DNA of 63,758 bases, filler included, from Lama guanicoe (GCA_013239625.1; 74 parts of 74 records of this genome joined end to end with filler, not necessarily neighbours in it), one strand, 5' to 3'. Counted from the whole stretch's first letter, positions 1-11,215 are shown. A program made the numbers and translations. The notes: generated from the sequence alone by a model not told the origin.

Positions 1-62
1 CTGCTCTTTCTTGAGGCAGAAACCCATCCCCAACATGACTGCTCCACCTGCACCAGCCAGGA

Positions 63-764
63 CGGGGCCGTGTGGCTACCTGGGTGGGATCTGCCCTGGG
101 CCCCCCTGTGTTACCTTTGGTCTCTCTGGCCAAAAGGCCAGAGGCGCCTTGGGTGAGACCTGACCCAGTGCCGGCCGCGTTGGTAGAGTCCCTCGCTGTG
201 GGCTTTTCGGGGCTGCGGCCTCGGGATATTGGGATGCAGCAGAACATGCCTCTGTCTCCAACCAGGTTAGCTGAGTAGGGACTTCTCTACAGAGTGGGTG
301 CCTGGTGACTTCGGTTCCAAGTTCTGTTGGGCTCTATTGCCAGGGAAGTGTGGTCACTTCCTGGGGTCCACTTAACAAGCTTCCTCCTGACACAAAGCTC
401 CTCAAGGGCCTTTCTGGGCTGCCAATCTCTCATTTCTCACTCCATGCCAAGTCCACACACAGTGACACCAACTCAGCCTCCACCCATAACCCTGGGGAGG
501 CCTGGATGCAATCAGTGCCGCAGCTCTGAAGACACAGCTGGGTTCAGACCTGGCTCCCCCTTCTCAGCAGTGTTATCATCCTGAACAAGCCACGTGCCTC
601 TCAGAGTCTCACCAATCCCCCATCGGCACAGTGGGGATCATTCTGACCCCTGCTTCCTAGAGAACCCATCCTGTCTCTAGACCTAGAAACATCTATTGCA
701 TCTGTCACCCCCACAGGCTGGCATCAAAGGGAGATCGTGCACAGACTCAGCAAAGGAAGGACCC
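63..764. repeat. Paralogous segment shared with 8238-8962 (same orientation)
   Basis: Colinear, roughly 90% identical by eye, with several indels, including an extra ~27 bp in the second copy near 8268-8295. Confidence 0.95.
115..247 (-). pseudogene. Frameshifted first coding exon of a RalGDS-like (RGL4-like) multicopy gene, copy 1
   Basis: ATG at 247, GT donor (gtaac) at 114, candidate acceptor AG at 272-271. Frame-corrected peptide MFCCIPISRGRSxRKAHSEGLYQRGRHWVRSHPRRLWPFGQRDxK resembles my recall of the N-terminus (MFSCC..RG...RHW...RRLWPFGRR) of laurasiatherian RalGDS-like predicted proteins. Length is 133 bp, i.e. -2 relative to 45 codons. Confidence 0.6.
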
Positions 765-864
765 NNNNNNNNNNNNNNNNNNNNNNNNNNNNNNNNNNNN
801 NNNNNNNNTTAATTAATTAANNNNNNNNNNNNNNNNNNNNNNNNNNNNNNNNNNNNNNNNNNNN
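765..864. other. Artificial scaffold-joining spacer (44 N + TTAATTAATTAA + 44 N); first of 73 copies, last at 63015-63114
   Basis: Identical 100-bp structure at every junction. The palindromic 12-mer puts a TAA stop in all six frames, and many ORFs in the track end in it (...XXXLIN). Flanking sequences are unrelated. Confidence 0.98.
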
Positions 865-1343
865 TACAGTAATATCTGAATTATTGGAAGAACGTGTTGA
901 TTAAGAGGATCAAATGGTGGGTCTTTAAACCGCAACATTCTGCCATAGCAGTGAGTGTAAATCATCTTCTGAGATCTGCAACATTTGCATTTGGAATGAA
1001 ATAAAGTTAAATAACAAATAAGCCATGAAGTGTGGATTCAGATTCAGAGGTATCTCGAGTCCATATCCCCACCACTTCCCAGAGCTCCCTGCTCTTCCCC
1101 TAATGTTATTGAAAAGGGTGTGGAAAGTTTGTGAAGCGAAGGGCATGCTCCAATGCAAAGAAATCTCATAGCAAACCTGGGAGCATGGCCAGGGAAAGGT
1201 TAACGCTGAGATCAGAGGCAGTGGGAAACCTAGCAGGGACAGCNNNNNNNNNNNNNNNNNNNNNNNNNNNNNNNNNNNNNNNNNNNNTTAATTAATTAAN
1301 NNNNNNNNNNNNNNNNNNNNNNNNNNNNNNNNNNNNNNNNNNN

Positions 1344-1950
1344 GTTGTCTCAAAGTCCATTTTAGAGCACAATTTTTTAGGTACAATGAACACATATACA
1401 TTTTTTGTCCCATTTTTCCCCTGTGAATTGCTGTTAAGATCTTTTATATATTTCCCTGTGCTATAGAGTACAATCCTGTTTATATATTTTACAATTTTGA
1501 CCTCCCAGCCTATCTCTTCCACACCCCACCCCTTGGCAACCAACACTTTGTATTCTCTGCCTGCGAGTATATTTCTGTTTTGTATTTATGCGTTTTTTGC
1601 TTGGTTTGGTTTGGTTTTTTGATTCCACACATGAGCCATCTCATATGGTATTTTTCTTTCTCTTTCTGGCTTACTTTACTTAGACTGATTTTCTCCTGGA
1701 CCATCCATGTTGCTGAAAATGGCATTATATTGTCAGTTTATAAGAATGACTACTATTCCATTGTACAAATATACCACCTCTTCTTTATCCAGTCAACTGT
1801 TGATGGATATTTAGGCTGTTTCCTTCTCTTGGTTACTTTAAATATTGCTGGCTATGAACATTGGTGTGCAGGTGTCTTCTTGAGAAGGGTTCCTTCTGGA
1901 TTTATGCCCAGAGTAGGAATCTTGGGTTACATGGTATGACTATTCCTAGG
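1344..1950 (-). mobile_element. LINE-1 3' end (end of ORF2 and 3' UTR)
   Basis: Minus strand encodes MPFSATWMVQEKISLSKVSQKEKEKYHM, typical of the L1 3' region. The terminal part matches 59062-59173 and, inverted, 54304-54514. Confidence 0.9.
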
Positions 1951-2602
1951 NNNNNNNNNNNNNNNNNNNNNNNNNNNNNNNNNNNNNNNNNNNNTTAATT
2001 AATTAANNNNNNNNNNNNNNNNNNNNNNNNNNNNNNNNNNNNNNNNNNNNGTGAGATCAAATAAAGTAAAAATGATAAATGTCAGTTGGCTTTATTTTCA
2101 CTGACATAAAACTTACTTTAAACCCTATCTCAGCTGTTGTTCTGTTGTTTTAAACATTTCTCATAGAATTAAATGGAAGCCCACTAAACCCTGAAAGGGA
2201 AATTGTGTGCTCAGGTACTGAAAATTGTTTATGTCTATTTCTAGAGATGCACATTTCCCTGCTGGTTACAGAAATTCGAGGCGGGAACACAACAGTGCAC
2301 TGTGTGTGTCTGCCGGGTTCACGGGCTGCTCAGTGTCATTTTCACTTTCTTGTGTGGCAGTTAATGACGGTTTTCCATGAGGTATATTGCTCAGCCTTTG
2401 TCTGAATGAAGGATTGAATTTTCCACAGGTAATCTTATGAAAGAGAGTGACAAGGCACATGGGTTTCCCATAAAGGAATAGTTGATGTAATAAAATCTCA
2501 CTATGGTGAAATTTTTTAATAAAAGCCAGTTGAAAATTTTATCACTAGGTCATATGGAACAAATCAGTCTTAAGAAAAAAGATTCAAAATTTAAAGAAGA
2601 AG

Positions 2603-2835
2603 CAGTTTGAATCAAGTAGAAATTATAATTTCTACAGTATTTGTTGTTAGAACACATACTCAGTCTTCTCATAATTGCCTGTGGTAGGAAGTGGATCATT
2701 ACTTATTTATTAAAAAAAATCCACTAGGTAAAATTTGCCCCATACTTCATGTGGCAGTGCTGTGGTTAGTTAAGTTGGGCAATTTAGGAAACTTAGCTAG
2801 GTTTTCCGGACATTGATTTCAGCATCTTTATATTT
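2603..2835. repeat. Paralogous segment shared, inverted, with about 61885-62120
   Basis: agtttgaatcaagtagaaattataattt...ccactaggt...ggttagttaagtt...taggttttccggacattgatttcagc is present in both, on opposite strands. Confidence 0.9.
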
Positions 2836-2940
2836 TCTACNNNNNNNNNNNNNNNNNNNNNNNNNNNNNNNNNNNNNNNNNNNNTTAATTAATTAANNNN
2901 NNNNNNNNNNNNNNNNNNNNNNNNNNNNNNNNNNNNNNNN

Positions 2941-3412
2941 CAAGGCTCCAGCTCCTCATAGAGCTCAGGCAAAGGAGAAGTCTGCTCTGCGTCCCTTTGT
3001 GGTCACCAAAACTGTCGACTGAAATAAATGCACAGCCTAAAAGTTAAGAGTTATATTTTATTTGGCGGGAGGACTCGAGCCGGGATGACAGCCTCTCAGA
3101 TCGCTCTGAGGGACTGCTCCGAAGAGGTTGGGGAGGAGCTAGGATATATAGGAGCTTTACAAGAAAGACCAGGTAGTAGGAACAATAGAAAATTACTTGT
3201 TATCTAAAGAAAGCCAGGCATCTCAAGTTAAAGAATTTAGTGTCTTTCTATGTATGGGAAGAAGCAAATATTTGGGCTCACTGAATTCATTCCTTTGACA
3301 AGCACCTAGCTATCCAGGGCCAGTGTCCTGTCCTTTGTTATTCTGAGTCCGCTCAGAGGGCAACATTGTGAGTGGCTGCAGAGGCTGGGCTGCAGGCCCG
3401 CTCCCACTAGGG
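2941..3412 (-). mobile_element. ERV1-class provirus 5' end: LTR 3' part (3013-3412), PBS and leader
   Basis: On the minus strand the LTR ends ...ttcagtcgaCA at 3013 and a PBS follows after 4 nt. The LTR resembles my recall of cetartiodactyl MER41-like LTRs. Confidence 0.8.
2991..3008 (-). other. Retroviral primer-binding site, tRNA-Arg type
   Basis: TGGTGACCACAAAGGGAC versus PBS-Arg TGGCGACCACGAAGGGAC; 2 mismatches, both CpG-type transitions. Confidence 0.75.
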
Positions 3413-3512
3413 NNNNNNNNNNNNNNNNNNNNNNNNNNNNNNNNNNNNNNNNNNNNTTAATTAATTAANNNNNNNNNNNNNNNNNNNNNNNNNNNNNNNN
3501 NNNNNNNNNNNN

Positions 3513-4384
3513 TGCAGGATATCCCAGTGACCGAGGCTGCCTCCCCAAGGTGAGGGAAGTTATTTCCCGGAGTTTCCCGAAAAGGGAACACCTGTGACTT
3601 AAGAGAGCTGCGTGGAGTTGTCTCTCGAGCTCCCCCACGCACTGACAATGTTTCCGGAATCCTGAGCGTGGGGAGGTTCCACCAAAGGTCGGCAGCATGT
3701 GGGTTCTAACGGAGTGCCTAAGTTCGTCTCCCCTGAGGATTTTCCTAATATCTCTGTGCCAGGGAATGTTAGGGGGGTTTGCAGGATATCCCAGTGACAT
3801 ACGCTGCCTCCCCAAGGTCAGGGAAGGTATTTCCCGGACTTCCCCGAACAGGGAATTCCTGTGAATGAAGAGAGCTGCGTGGAGTTGTCTCTCTAGCTCC
3901 CCCACGCACTGACAATGGTTCCGGAATCCTGAGTGTGCGGAGGTTCCACCAACGGTCGGCAGCGCGTGGGTTCTAACGGAATGCCTAAGCTCATCTCCCC
4001 TGAGGGTTTTCCTAATGTCTCTGTGCCAGGGAAAGCTACGGGTGATTGCAGGATATCCCAGTGACCGTGGCTGCCTCCCCAATTTCAGGGAAGGTATTTC
4101 CCGGACTTCCCCGAACAGGGAACTCCTGTGAATGAAGAGAGCTGCGTGGAGATTTCTCTCGAGCTCCCCCACGCACTGACAATGGTTCCGGAATCCTGAG
4201 CGTGGGGAGGTTCCACCAACGGTCGGCAGCGCGTGGGTTCTAACGGAATGCCTAAGCTCATCTCCCCTGAGGGTTTTCCTTATTTCTGTGTGCCAGGGAA
4301 CTGTAGGTGGGTTTGCAGGATATCCCAGTGACATGCGCTGCATCCCCAAGGTCAGGGAAGGTATTTCCTGGACTTCCCCGAACA
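3513..4384 (-). repeat. 267-bp GC-rich satellite, about 3.3 monomers (orientation relative to 11316)
   Basis: gcaggatatcccagtgac recurs at 3514, 3781, 4048 and 4315, an exact 267-bp spacing. Confidence 0.97.
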
Positions 4385-4484
4385 NNNNNNNNNNNNNNNN
4401 NNNNNNNNNNNNNNNNNNNNNNNNNNNNTTAATTAATTAANNNNNNNNNNNNNNNNNNNNNNNNNNNNNNNNNNNNNNNNNNNN

Positions 4485-5393
4485 TCTGCATTCCATTTTT
4501 AAATTCTGTATTGTATATTCTCTTTTATATATTTTATACTCTGTGTTATTCATTCTATTTCCTACATTTTATATTCTGCCCTCCGTATTCTATATTCTAT
4601 ATACTGTGTTCTACATTCTATATGCTAAATTTTATATCCAATTTTCTATATTCTAATTTCTAAATTCTGTTTTCTGCATTCCAAGTTCTAAATTTGGGTT
4701 CTGTATTCTGTTTTCCATATTCTATATTCTGTGTTCTTGATTCTATATTGTGTATTCTATATTCTGCATTCTGTATTCTATAGTCTATATGCTGTGTTCT
4801 ACATTATATATTCCAAATTCTATATTAAGTATTCTTTATTCTATATTCTAAATTCTGTGTTCTGCATTTCATTACAAATTTCTAGGTTGTATATGCTCTT
4901 TTATATATTCTATGTTTTCTGTTCTTCATTTTATAATCTACATTCTACAATCTGCATTCCGTATTCTATATTCTATATTCTGTGTTCTACATTCTCTATT
5001 CTAAATTATATATTCAGTATTGTGTATTTTTTATACTTAATCCTGTGTTCTGCATTCCATTTTTAATTTCTGGATTGGTATATTCTTTTTTATATATTCT
5101 ATACATTGTGTTCTTCATTCTATTTTCTACATTCTATATTCTGCCCTCCGTATTCTATATTCTATATACTGTGTTCTACATTGTATATATATTCTATATT
5201 CTGTGTTCTACATTCTATATTCTAAATTCTATACTCAGAATTCTGTATTCTATATTCTTAATTCTGAGTTCAGCATTCCATTTATAAATTCAGGATTCTA
5301 TATTCTCTTTTATATATTCTTTATTTTGTGTTCTTCATTCTTATTTCAAATACAAAATTCTGCATTCTGTATTCCATATTCTATATTCTGTGT
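4485..5393 (+). repeat. AT-rich heptamer satellite (ATTCTAT/ATTCTGT/GTTCTAC variants)
   Basis: 7-bp periodicity around a TTC core with strong strand asymmetry. Confidence 0.95.
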
Positions 5394-5493
5394 NNNNNNN
5401 NNNNNNNNNNNNNNNNNNNNNNNNNNNNNNNNNNNNNTTAATTAATTAANNNNNNNNNNNNNNNNNNNNNNNNNNNNNNNNNNNNNNNNNNNN

Positions 5494-6194
5494 GATATTT
5501 AATTTGAATAGATTCTATCTTCATTATATTCCGTGTTCCGTACATGCTACATGCGTAACGGATTCGAAAAACATGCATTCCTGAGTTGAGAGCATGTGGA
5601 TTACTGATGTTTCATCCTCTATAAAAGGAAAATTATATTCTAGACACGTGTACAGATTTTCACAAGCTTTTCCTAACAGCAGTTCAGAATTCGTGCATTT
5701 TTCACAGAAAAATACTTCTGGAGCGATTTCCACCTAACAGATATGTAATTTAAATGCATTCCATCAACAGGGCATTCCGGAGTCCGTAAATGCTACATGC
5801 ATGACTGATTTGGCAAACATGCGTTTCTGAGTTGTGAGCATGTGGATTAGTGAAAATTCATCCACCAAAGAAGGCTTATATTACACTTTACTTTGAATTA
5901 TTTTCTCTGACTTCATAAGTTTTTTGTATCACCAGGTTCTATAATCGGATATTTGGCAGTAGAAAACACTCTTTGAGTGAATTCTCACCAATACACTTGT
6001 AATTTACATTGTTTACATAACCATGGCATTCCATAATCCGATCATGATTCATGCATCACGAATTCCTCAAATAGCATTTCTGAGCTGTGAACCTGCGCAT
6101 GACAGATGTTTCAACCACCAAAAATGTTACCTATTGACTTTGAAGTATTTACTTAGACTTCGTTGTTTCTTCCTTTCACCAGTTTCAAGAATCA
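5494..6194 (+). repeat. ~747-bp satellite: three diverged ~250-bp monomers (A, B, C)
   Basis: t(g/t)taattt anchors at 5498, 5744 and 5998, each followed by a catgc..tt.ctgag.tg-like motif. Matches 15836-16761 and 59866-60394. Confidence 0.88.
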
Positions 6195-6294
6195 NNNNNN
6201 NNNNNNNNNNNNNNNNNNNNNNNNNNNNNNNNNNNNNNTTAATTAATTAANNNNNNNNNNNNNNNNNNNNNNNNNNNNNNNNNNNNNNNNNNNN

Positions 6295-7203
6295 TAGAAT
6301 GTAGAATAGTGAATATAGAATCCAGAATTAAAAACATGGAAATGAGAACACAGAATTTTGAATATAGCATACGGAATACTCAATATAGAATTTAGAATAT
6401 AGAATGTAGAACACAGAATATTGAGTATAGAATACGGAATGCAGAATATAGAATAATGAATATAGAANNNNNNNNNNNNNNNNNNNNNNNNNNNNNNNNN
6501 NNNNNNNNNNNNNNNNNNNNNNNNNNNNNNNNNNNNNNNNNNNNNNNNNNNNNNNNNNNNNNNNNNNNNNNNNNNNATATAGGATTAAGACTATAGAATG
6601 TAGAACACAGGATATAGAATATAGAATTGTGGATATAGAACCCAGAATTTTGAACATGTAATGCAGAACACAGAATTTAGAATATAGAATAAGGAACACA
6701 AAATATAGAATATATAATACAAAATGCAGAATATAGAATACAGAATACCGAATTTAGAAAACAGAATATAGAATATGGAAAACAGAATACAGAACCCGAA
6801 TTTAGAAATGGAACACAGAACACATAATTTAGAATATAGAATACAAAATACTGAATATAGAATTTAGAATATAGAATGAAGAACACAGAATATAGAATAT
6901 AGTATATGGAATGCAAAATATAGTATGTAGAATCTAGAAAGAAATACACAAAATATAGAATATATAATAGAGAATGTAGAACCCAGAATTTAGAACATGG
7001 AATGCAGAACACAGAATTTAGAATATAGAAAACAAAATACTGAATATTGAATTTAGAATATAGAATGTAGAACACAGAATATAGAATATAGTAAATGGAA
7101 TGCAAAATAAAGTATGAAGAATCTAGAATGAAAAACACAAAATATAGAATATACAATAGAGAATGTAGAACCCAGAATTTGGAATATAGAATGCAGAACA
7201 CAG
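6295..7203 (-). repeat. AT-rich heptamer satellite
   Basis: AGAATAT-type repeats with an internal 189-bp duplication (agaatgtagaacccagaatt at 6971 and 7160). Confidence 0.95.
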
Positions 7204-7303
7204 NNNNNNNNNNNNNNNNNNNNNNNNNNNNNNNNNNNNNNNNNNNNTTAATTAATTAANNNNNNNNNNNNNNNNNNNNNNNNNNNNNNNNNNNNNNNNN
7301 NNN

Positions 7304-7447
7304 CCTCTGTGTGCCTCAATTTCCACACTGTAAACCTGGGATAATAATCAAACCTTCCTTACTCGCTTGTTGAGAAGAATGAACGATTCATTTCTGTAAA
7401 ACCCTCAGCAAAGAATGTAGCACATTTTTGGTTCTCAACAAATGTCA
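7304..7447 (+). mobile_element. MIR SINE fragment (core and 3' part)
   Basis: cctctgtgtgcctcaatttccacactgtaaacctgggataataatc matches the MIR core cctcagtttcctcatctgtaaaatggggataataat. Confidence 0.8.
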
Positions 7448-8316
7448 AGTTAAAAATACAGTGGTTTACAAGTCTCCTTTCTAATCGTCTTCTGTGTTTC
7501 CTGGCTAGACTAAGTCCCAAAGGAAATCCTTATTTCTCCTTTTATAAACACTTAGGGTGCACCCTTCTGTTCCATCCCACCACCTGTTTAAACTGAAGGA
7601 GGGGATGCCTCTTCCCACTCCTCTGGGCCATGGAGTATTTCTCCCTTCACACCCCTGACCTCTGGCTCACAGCTAGACCTTGTCACACTAACAGAGTGAT
7701 GTGTGAGTCCAGGGAGACAAGCAGGGCATGTGAAAACCTTCCTTTCCCTCCAGTGTTGACCACCTTTTGGAAGCACCCGGGATGCTCAGCTCCATGGCAG
7801 GACAGCCCTGTGTATGAAGGGGCAGGTCCTCTCAAGGGAAGGCTCGCTGTGGCCTAGAGATAGCTGGGACAGGGTGAGTCTCTAATTCTGCTACACAGTA
7901 TCATGACACGCATTATCCCACAGCCCTGAAGTTCATGGAGAATGTGGCTTCATCAGTAACAAAGAAGACATTTATCTCCTGCCTTGTCTTTTGTGTCATC
8001 TCTCAGTTGGCTGCTGGAGACAACATGTGTATAAATTTTGGATCCCCTGAGGCCCCAACATATATAAAACAACAAAAAATTCTGTTGTTTCATGGCGACT
8101 GTGTAACAGTTCTGACTCTGGTGATGCTAAATTATAGNNNNNNNNNNNNNNNNNNNNNNNNNNNNNNNNNNNNNNNNNNNNTTAATTAATTAANNNNNNN
8201 NNNNNNNNNNNNNNNNNNNNNNNNNNNNNNNNNNNNNCGGGGCCGTGCGGCTACCTGGGTGGGATCTGAGTGGTGGACCAGCCTGGACGTGACTGCACTG
8301 GGATTCCCTGTGTTAC

Positions 8317-8453
8317 CTTTGGGTCTCTCTGGCCAAAAGGCCAGAGGCGCCTTGGGTGAGACCTGACCCAGTGCCAGCAGCATTGGTAGAAAGCCCCTCA
8401 CTGCGGGCTTTGCAGGGGCTGCGGCCTCGGGATATTGGGATGCAGCAGAACAT
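8317..8453 (-). pseudogene. Frameshifted first coding exon of a RalGDS-like multicopy gene, copy 2
   Basis: ATG at 8453, donor gtaac at 8316. Reads MFCCIPISRGRSPCKARSEG / FYQCCWHWVRSHPRRLWPFGQRDPK with one frameshift. Length is 137 bp (+2). Confidence 0.6.
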
Positions 8454-9137
8454 GCCTCTGTCTCCAACCAGGTGAGCTGAGTAGGGACTTCTCTACTGAG
8501 TGGGTGCCTGGTGACTTCGGTTCTAAGTTCTGTTGGGCTCTATTGCCAGGGAAGTGAGGTCACTTCCTGGGGTCCACTTATCCAAGCTTCCTCCTGACAC
8601 AAAGCTCCTCAAGGGCCTTTCTGGGCTTCCAATCTCTCATTTCTCACTCCATGCCATGTCCACAAACACCAACTCAGCGCCCCCAGAGCCCTGGGGAGGC
8701 CTGGATGCAACCAGTGCTGCAGCTCTGAAAACACAGCTGGGTTCAGACCTGGCTACCCCTGCTCAGCAGTGTTATCATCCTGGACAAGCCACGTGCCTCT
8801 CAGGGTCTCCCCAATCCCCCATCGCCAAGTGGGGATCATTCTGGCCCCTGCTTTCTAGAGAAGCCATCCTGTCTCTAGACCTAGAAACACCTATTGCATC
8901 GGTCACCCCCATGGGCTGGCATCACAGGGAGATAGTGCACAGGCTCAGCAAAGGAAGGACCCCACAGAGGGCTAGTGGAGTGCAAAGGACACCCCACACA
9001 GGCCAGGGTCTGCCCTGGGGTCTGGAGAAAGTCACTTNNNNNNNNNNNNNNNNNNNNNNNNNNNNNNNNNNNNNNNNNNNNTTAATTAATTAANNNNNNN
9101 NNNNNNNNNNNNNNNNNNNNNNNNNNNNNNNNNNNNN

Positions 9138-9849
9138 TAGAATTTAGAAACTTGAAAGTAGAACACAGAGTATAGAATATAGAATATAGAATATAGAATC
9201 ATAATTTTTAACATGGAATACAGAACACAGAATTTAAAATATAGAACACAGAATACTGAATATAGAATTTAGAAACTTGAAAGTAGAACACAGAGTATAG
9301 AATATAGAATAGAGAATATAGAATCAAAAATTTTTAACATGGAATACAGAACACAGAATTGAAAATATAGAACACAGAATACTGAATATAGAATTTAGAA
9401 TATAGAATGCAGAACACAGAATTTACAATAGAGAATACAGAATTCTGAATATAGATTTTAGAACATGGAATGCAGAACTCAGAATTTAGAATATAGAATA
9501 AAAAATACTGAATATAGCATTTAGAACATAGAATGTAGAACAAAGAATATAGAATGTAGATTACGGAGAATAGAATATAGATAGCAGAATATAGAATATT
9601 GAACACAGAATATAGAATATGGGAAACTGAATACACAACCCAGAATTTAGAACATGGAATGCAGAACACAGAATTTAGAATATAGAATACAGAATACTGA
9701 ATATAGAAATTAGAATATAGAATGTATAACACAGAACAGAGAATATAGAATATCTAATACAGAATATAGATTGTAGTTTATCGAATGAAATACACAAAAC
9801 TTAGAATATAGAATAGAGAATAAAGAACCCAGAGTTTAGAACATGGAAA
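9138..9849 (-). repeat. AT-rich heptamer satellite
   Basis: Heptamer periodicity with a local ~125-bp duplication (agaaacttgaaagtag at 9146 and 9271). Confidence 0.95.
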
Positions 9850-9949
9850 NNNNNNNNNNNNNNNNNNNNNNNNNNNNNNNNNNNNNNNNNNNNTTAATTA
9901 ATTAANNNNNNNNNNNNNNNNNNNNNNNNNNNNNNNNNNNNNNNNNNNN

Positions 9950-10480
9950 GCATTCCATGTACTAAATTCTGGGCTCTATATTCTCTATTCTATATTCTTT
10001 GTTGTACATTGTATACTCTAAATTCTATGTTCAGTTTTCTGTAATGTATATGCTAAATTCTGTGTTGTGCATTCCATGTTCTAAATACTTTTTTCAGTAT
10101 TCTGTATTCTATATTCTAAATTCTGTGTTCTGCATTCCATGTTCTATATTCTGGGTTCTATATTGTGTTTTTCATATTCTAAATTCTGTGTTCTATATTC
10201 TATATTCTGTATTCAATATTCTGCATTCCGTATTCTACATTCCATATGCATTCCGTATTCTACATTCCATATTCTGTGTTCTACATTCTATATTCTAAAT
10301 TTAATATTCAGTATTCTGTATTCTATATTTTAAATTCTGTGGTCTGCATTCCATTTTCTAAATTCTGGGTTCTGTAGTCTGTTTTTTTATTTCTATATTC
10401 TGTGTTCAATATTCAATATTCTGTATTCTACATTCTACATTCCGTATTCTATATTCTACATTCTGTGTTCTACATTCTAT
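9950..10480 (+). repeat. AT-rich heptamer satellite
   Basis: ATTCTAT-type periodicity. Confidence 0.95.
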
Positions 10481-10580
10481 NNNNNNNNNNNNNNNNNNNN
10501 NNNNNNNNNNNNNNNNNNNNNNNNTTAATTAATTAANNNNNNNNNNNNNNNNNNNNNNNNNNNNNNNNNNNNNNNNNNNN

Positions 10581-11215
10581 AATTTAGAATATAGAATATA
10601 GAATACTAAATATAGAATTTAGAATATAGTATGTAGAACTTAGAATTTAGAATATAGAATACGGAATGCAGAATATAGAATTAAGAATATAGAATGAAGA
10701 ACACAGAATATTGAATATAGATTACAAAATGTAGAGTCAAGAATTTAGAACATGAAATGTAGAACACAGAATTTAGAATATTGAATAAAAGAATACTGAA
10801 TTTAGAATTTAGAATATAGAATGTAAAACACAGAATATAGAATATTGATTAACGAATTCAGAATATAGAATTTAGAATATAGATTAAAGAACACAGAATA
10901 TAGAATATTGATAAGAGAATATAGAACCAAAGTTTTAGAACATGGATTGCAGAACACAGAATTTAGAAAATAGAATACAAAACACTGAATATAGAGTTTA
11001 CAACATAGAATGTATAACACAGAATATAGAATAGACGATAGAGAATATAGAAGCCAGAATTAAGAACATGGAATGCAGAACACAGAATTTAGAATATATA
11101 ATACAGTATAATGAATACAGAATATAGAATATAGAATGAAGAACACACAATATACAATATAGAATGCGGAATGTAGAATATAGAATACAGAATATAAAAT
11201 GTAGAACACAGAATT
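10581..11215 (-). repeat. AT-rich heptamer satellite
   Basis: AGAATAT-type periodicity. Confidence 0.95.

Noticed and set aside
76..261. ORF METEACSAASQYPEAAAP (also 8186-8467) and plus-strand ORFs 327-584 and 8533-9093
   Set aside because: They use non-ATG starts and diverge in frame between the copies. The alternative ATG frame bounded by splice signals explains the region better.
865..956. Possible exon ending at GCA|gtgagt
   Set aside because: The frames give only short unrecognised peptides or stops, and the fragment is too short to support a call.
4731..5445. Tyr/Ile/Leu/Phe/Ser-rich ORFs (YILYS...) resembling membrane proteins, here and in all heptamer scaffolds
   Set aside because: They are translations of the T-rich satellite strand, are open in several frames at once and have no domain.
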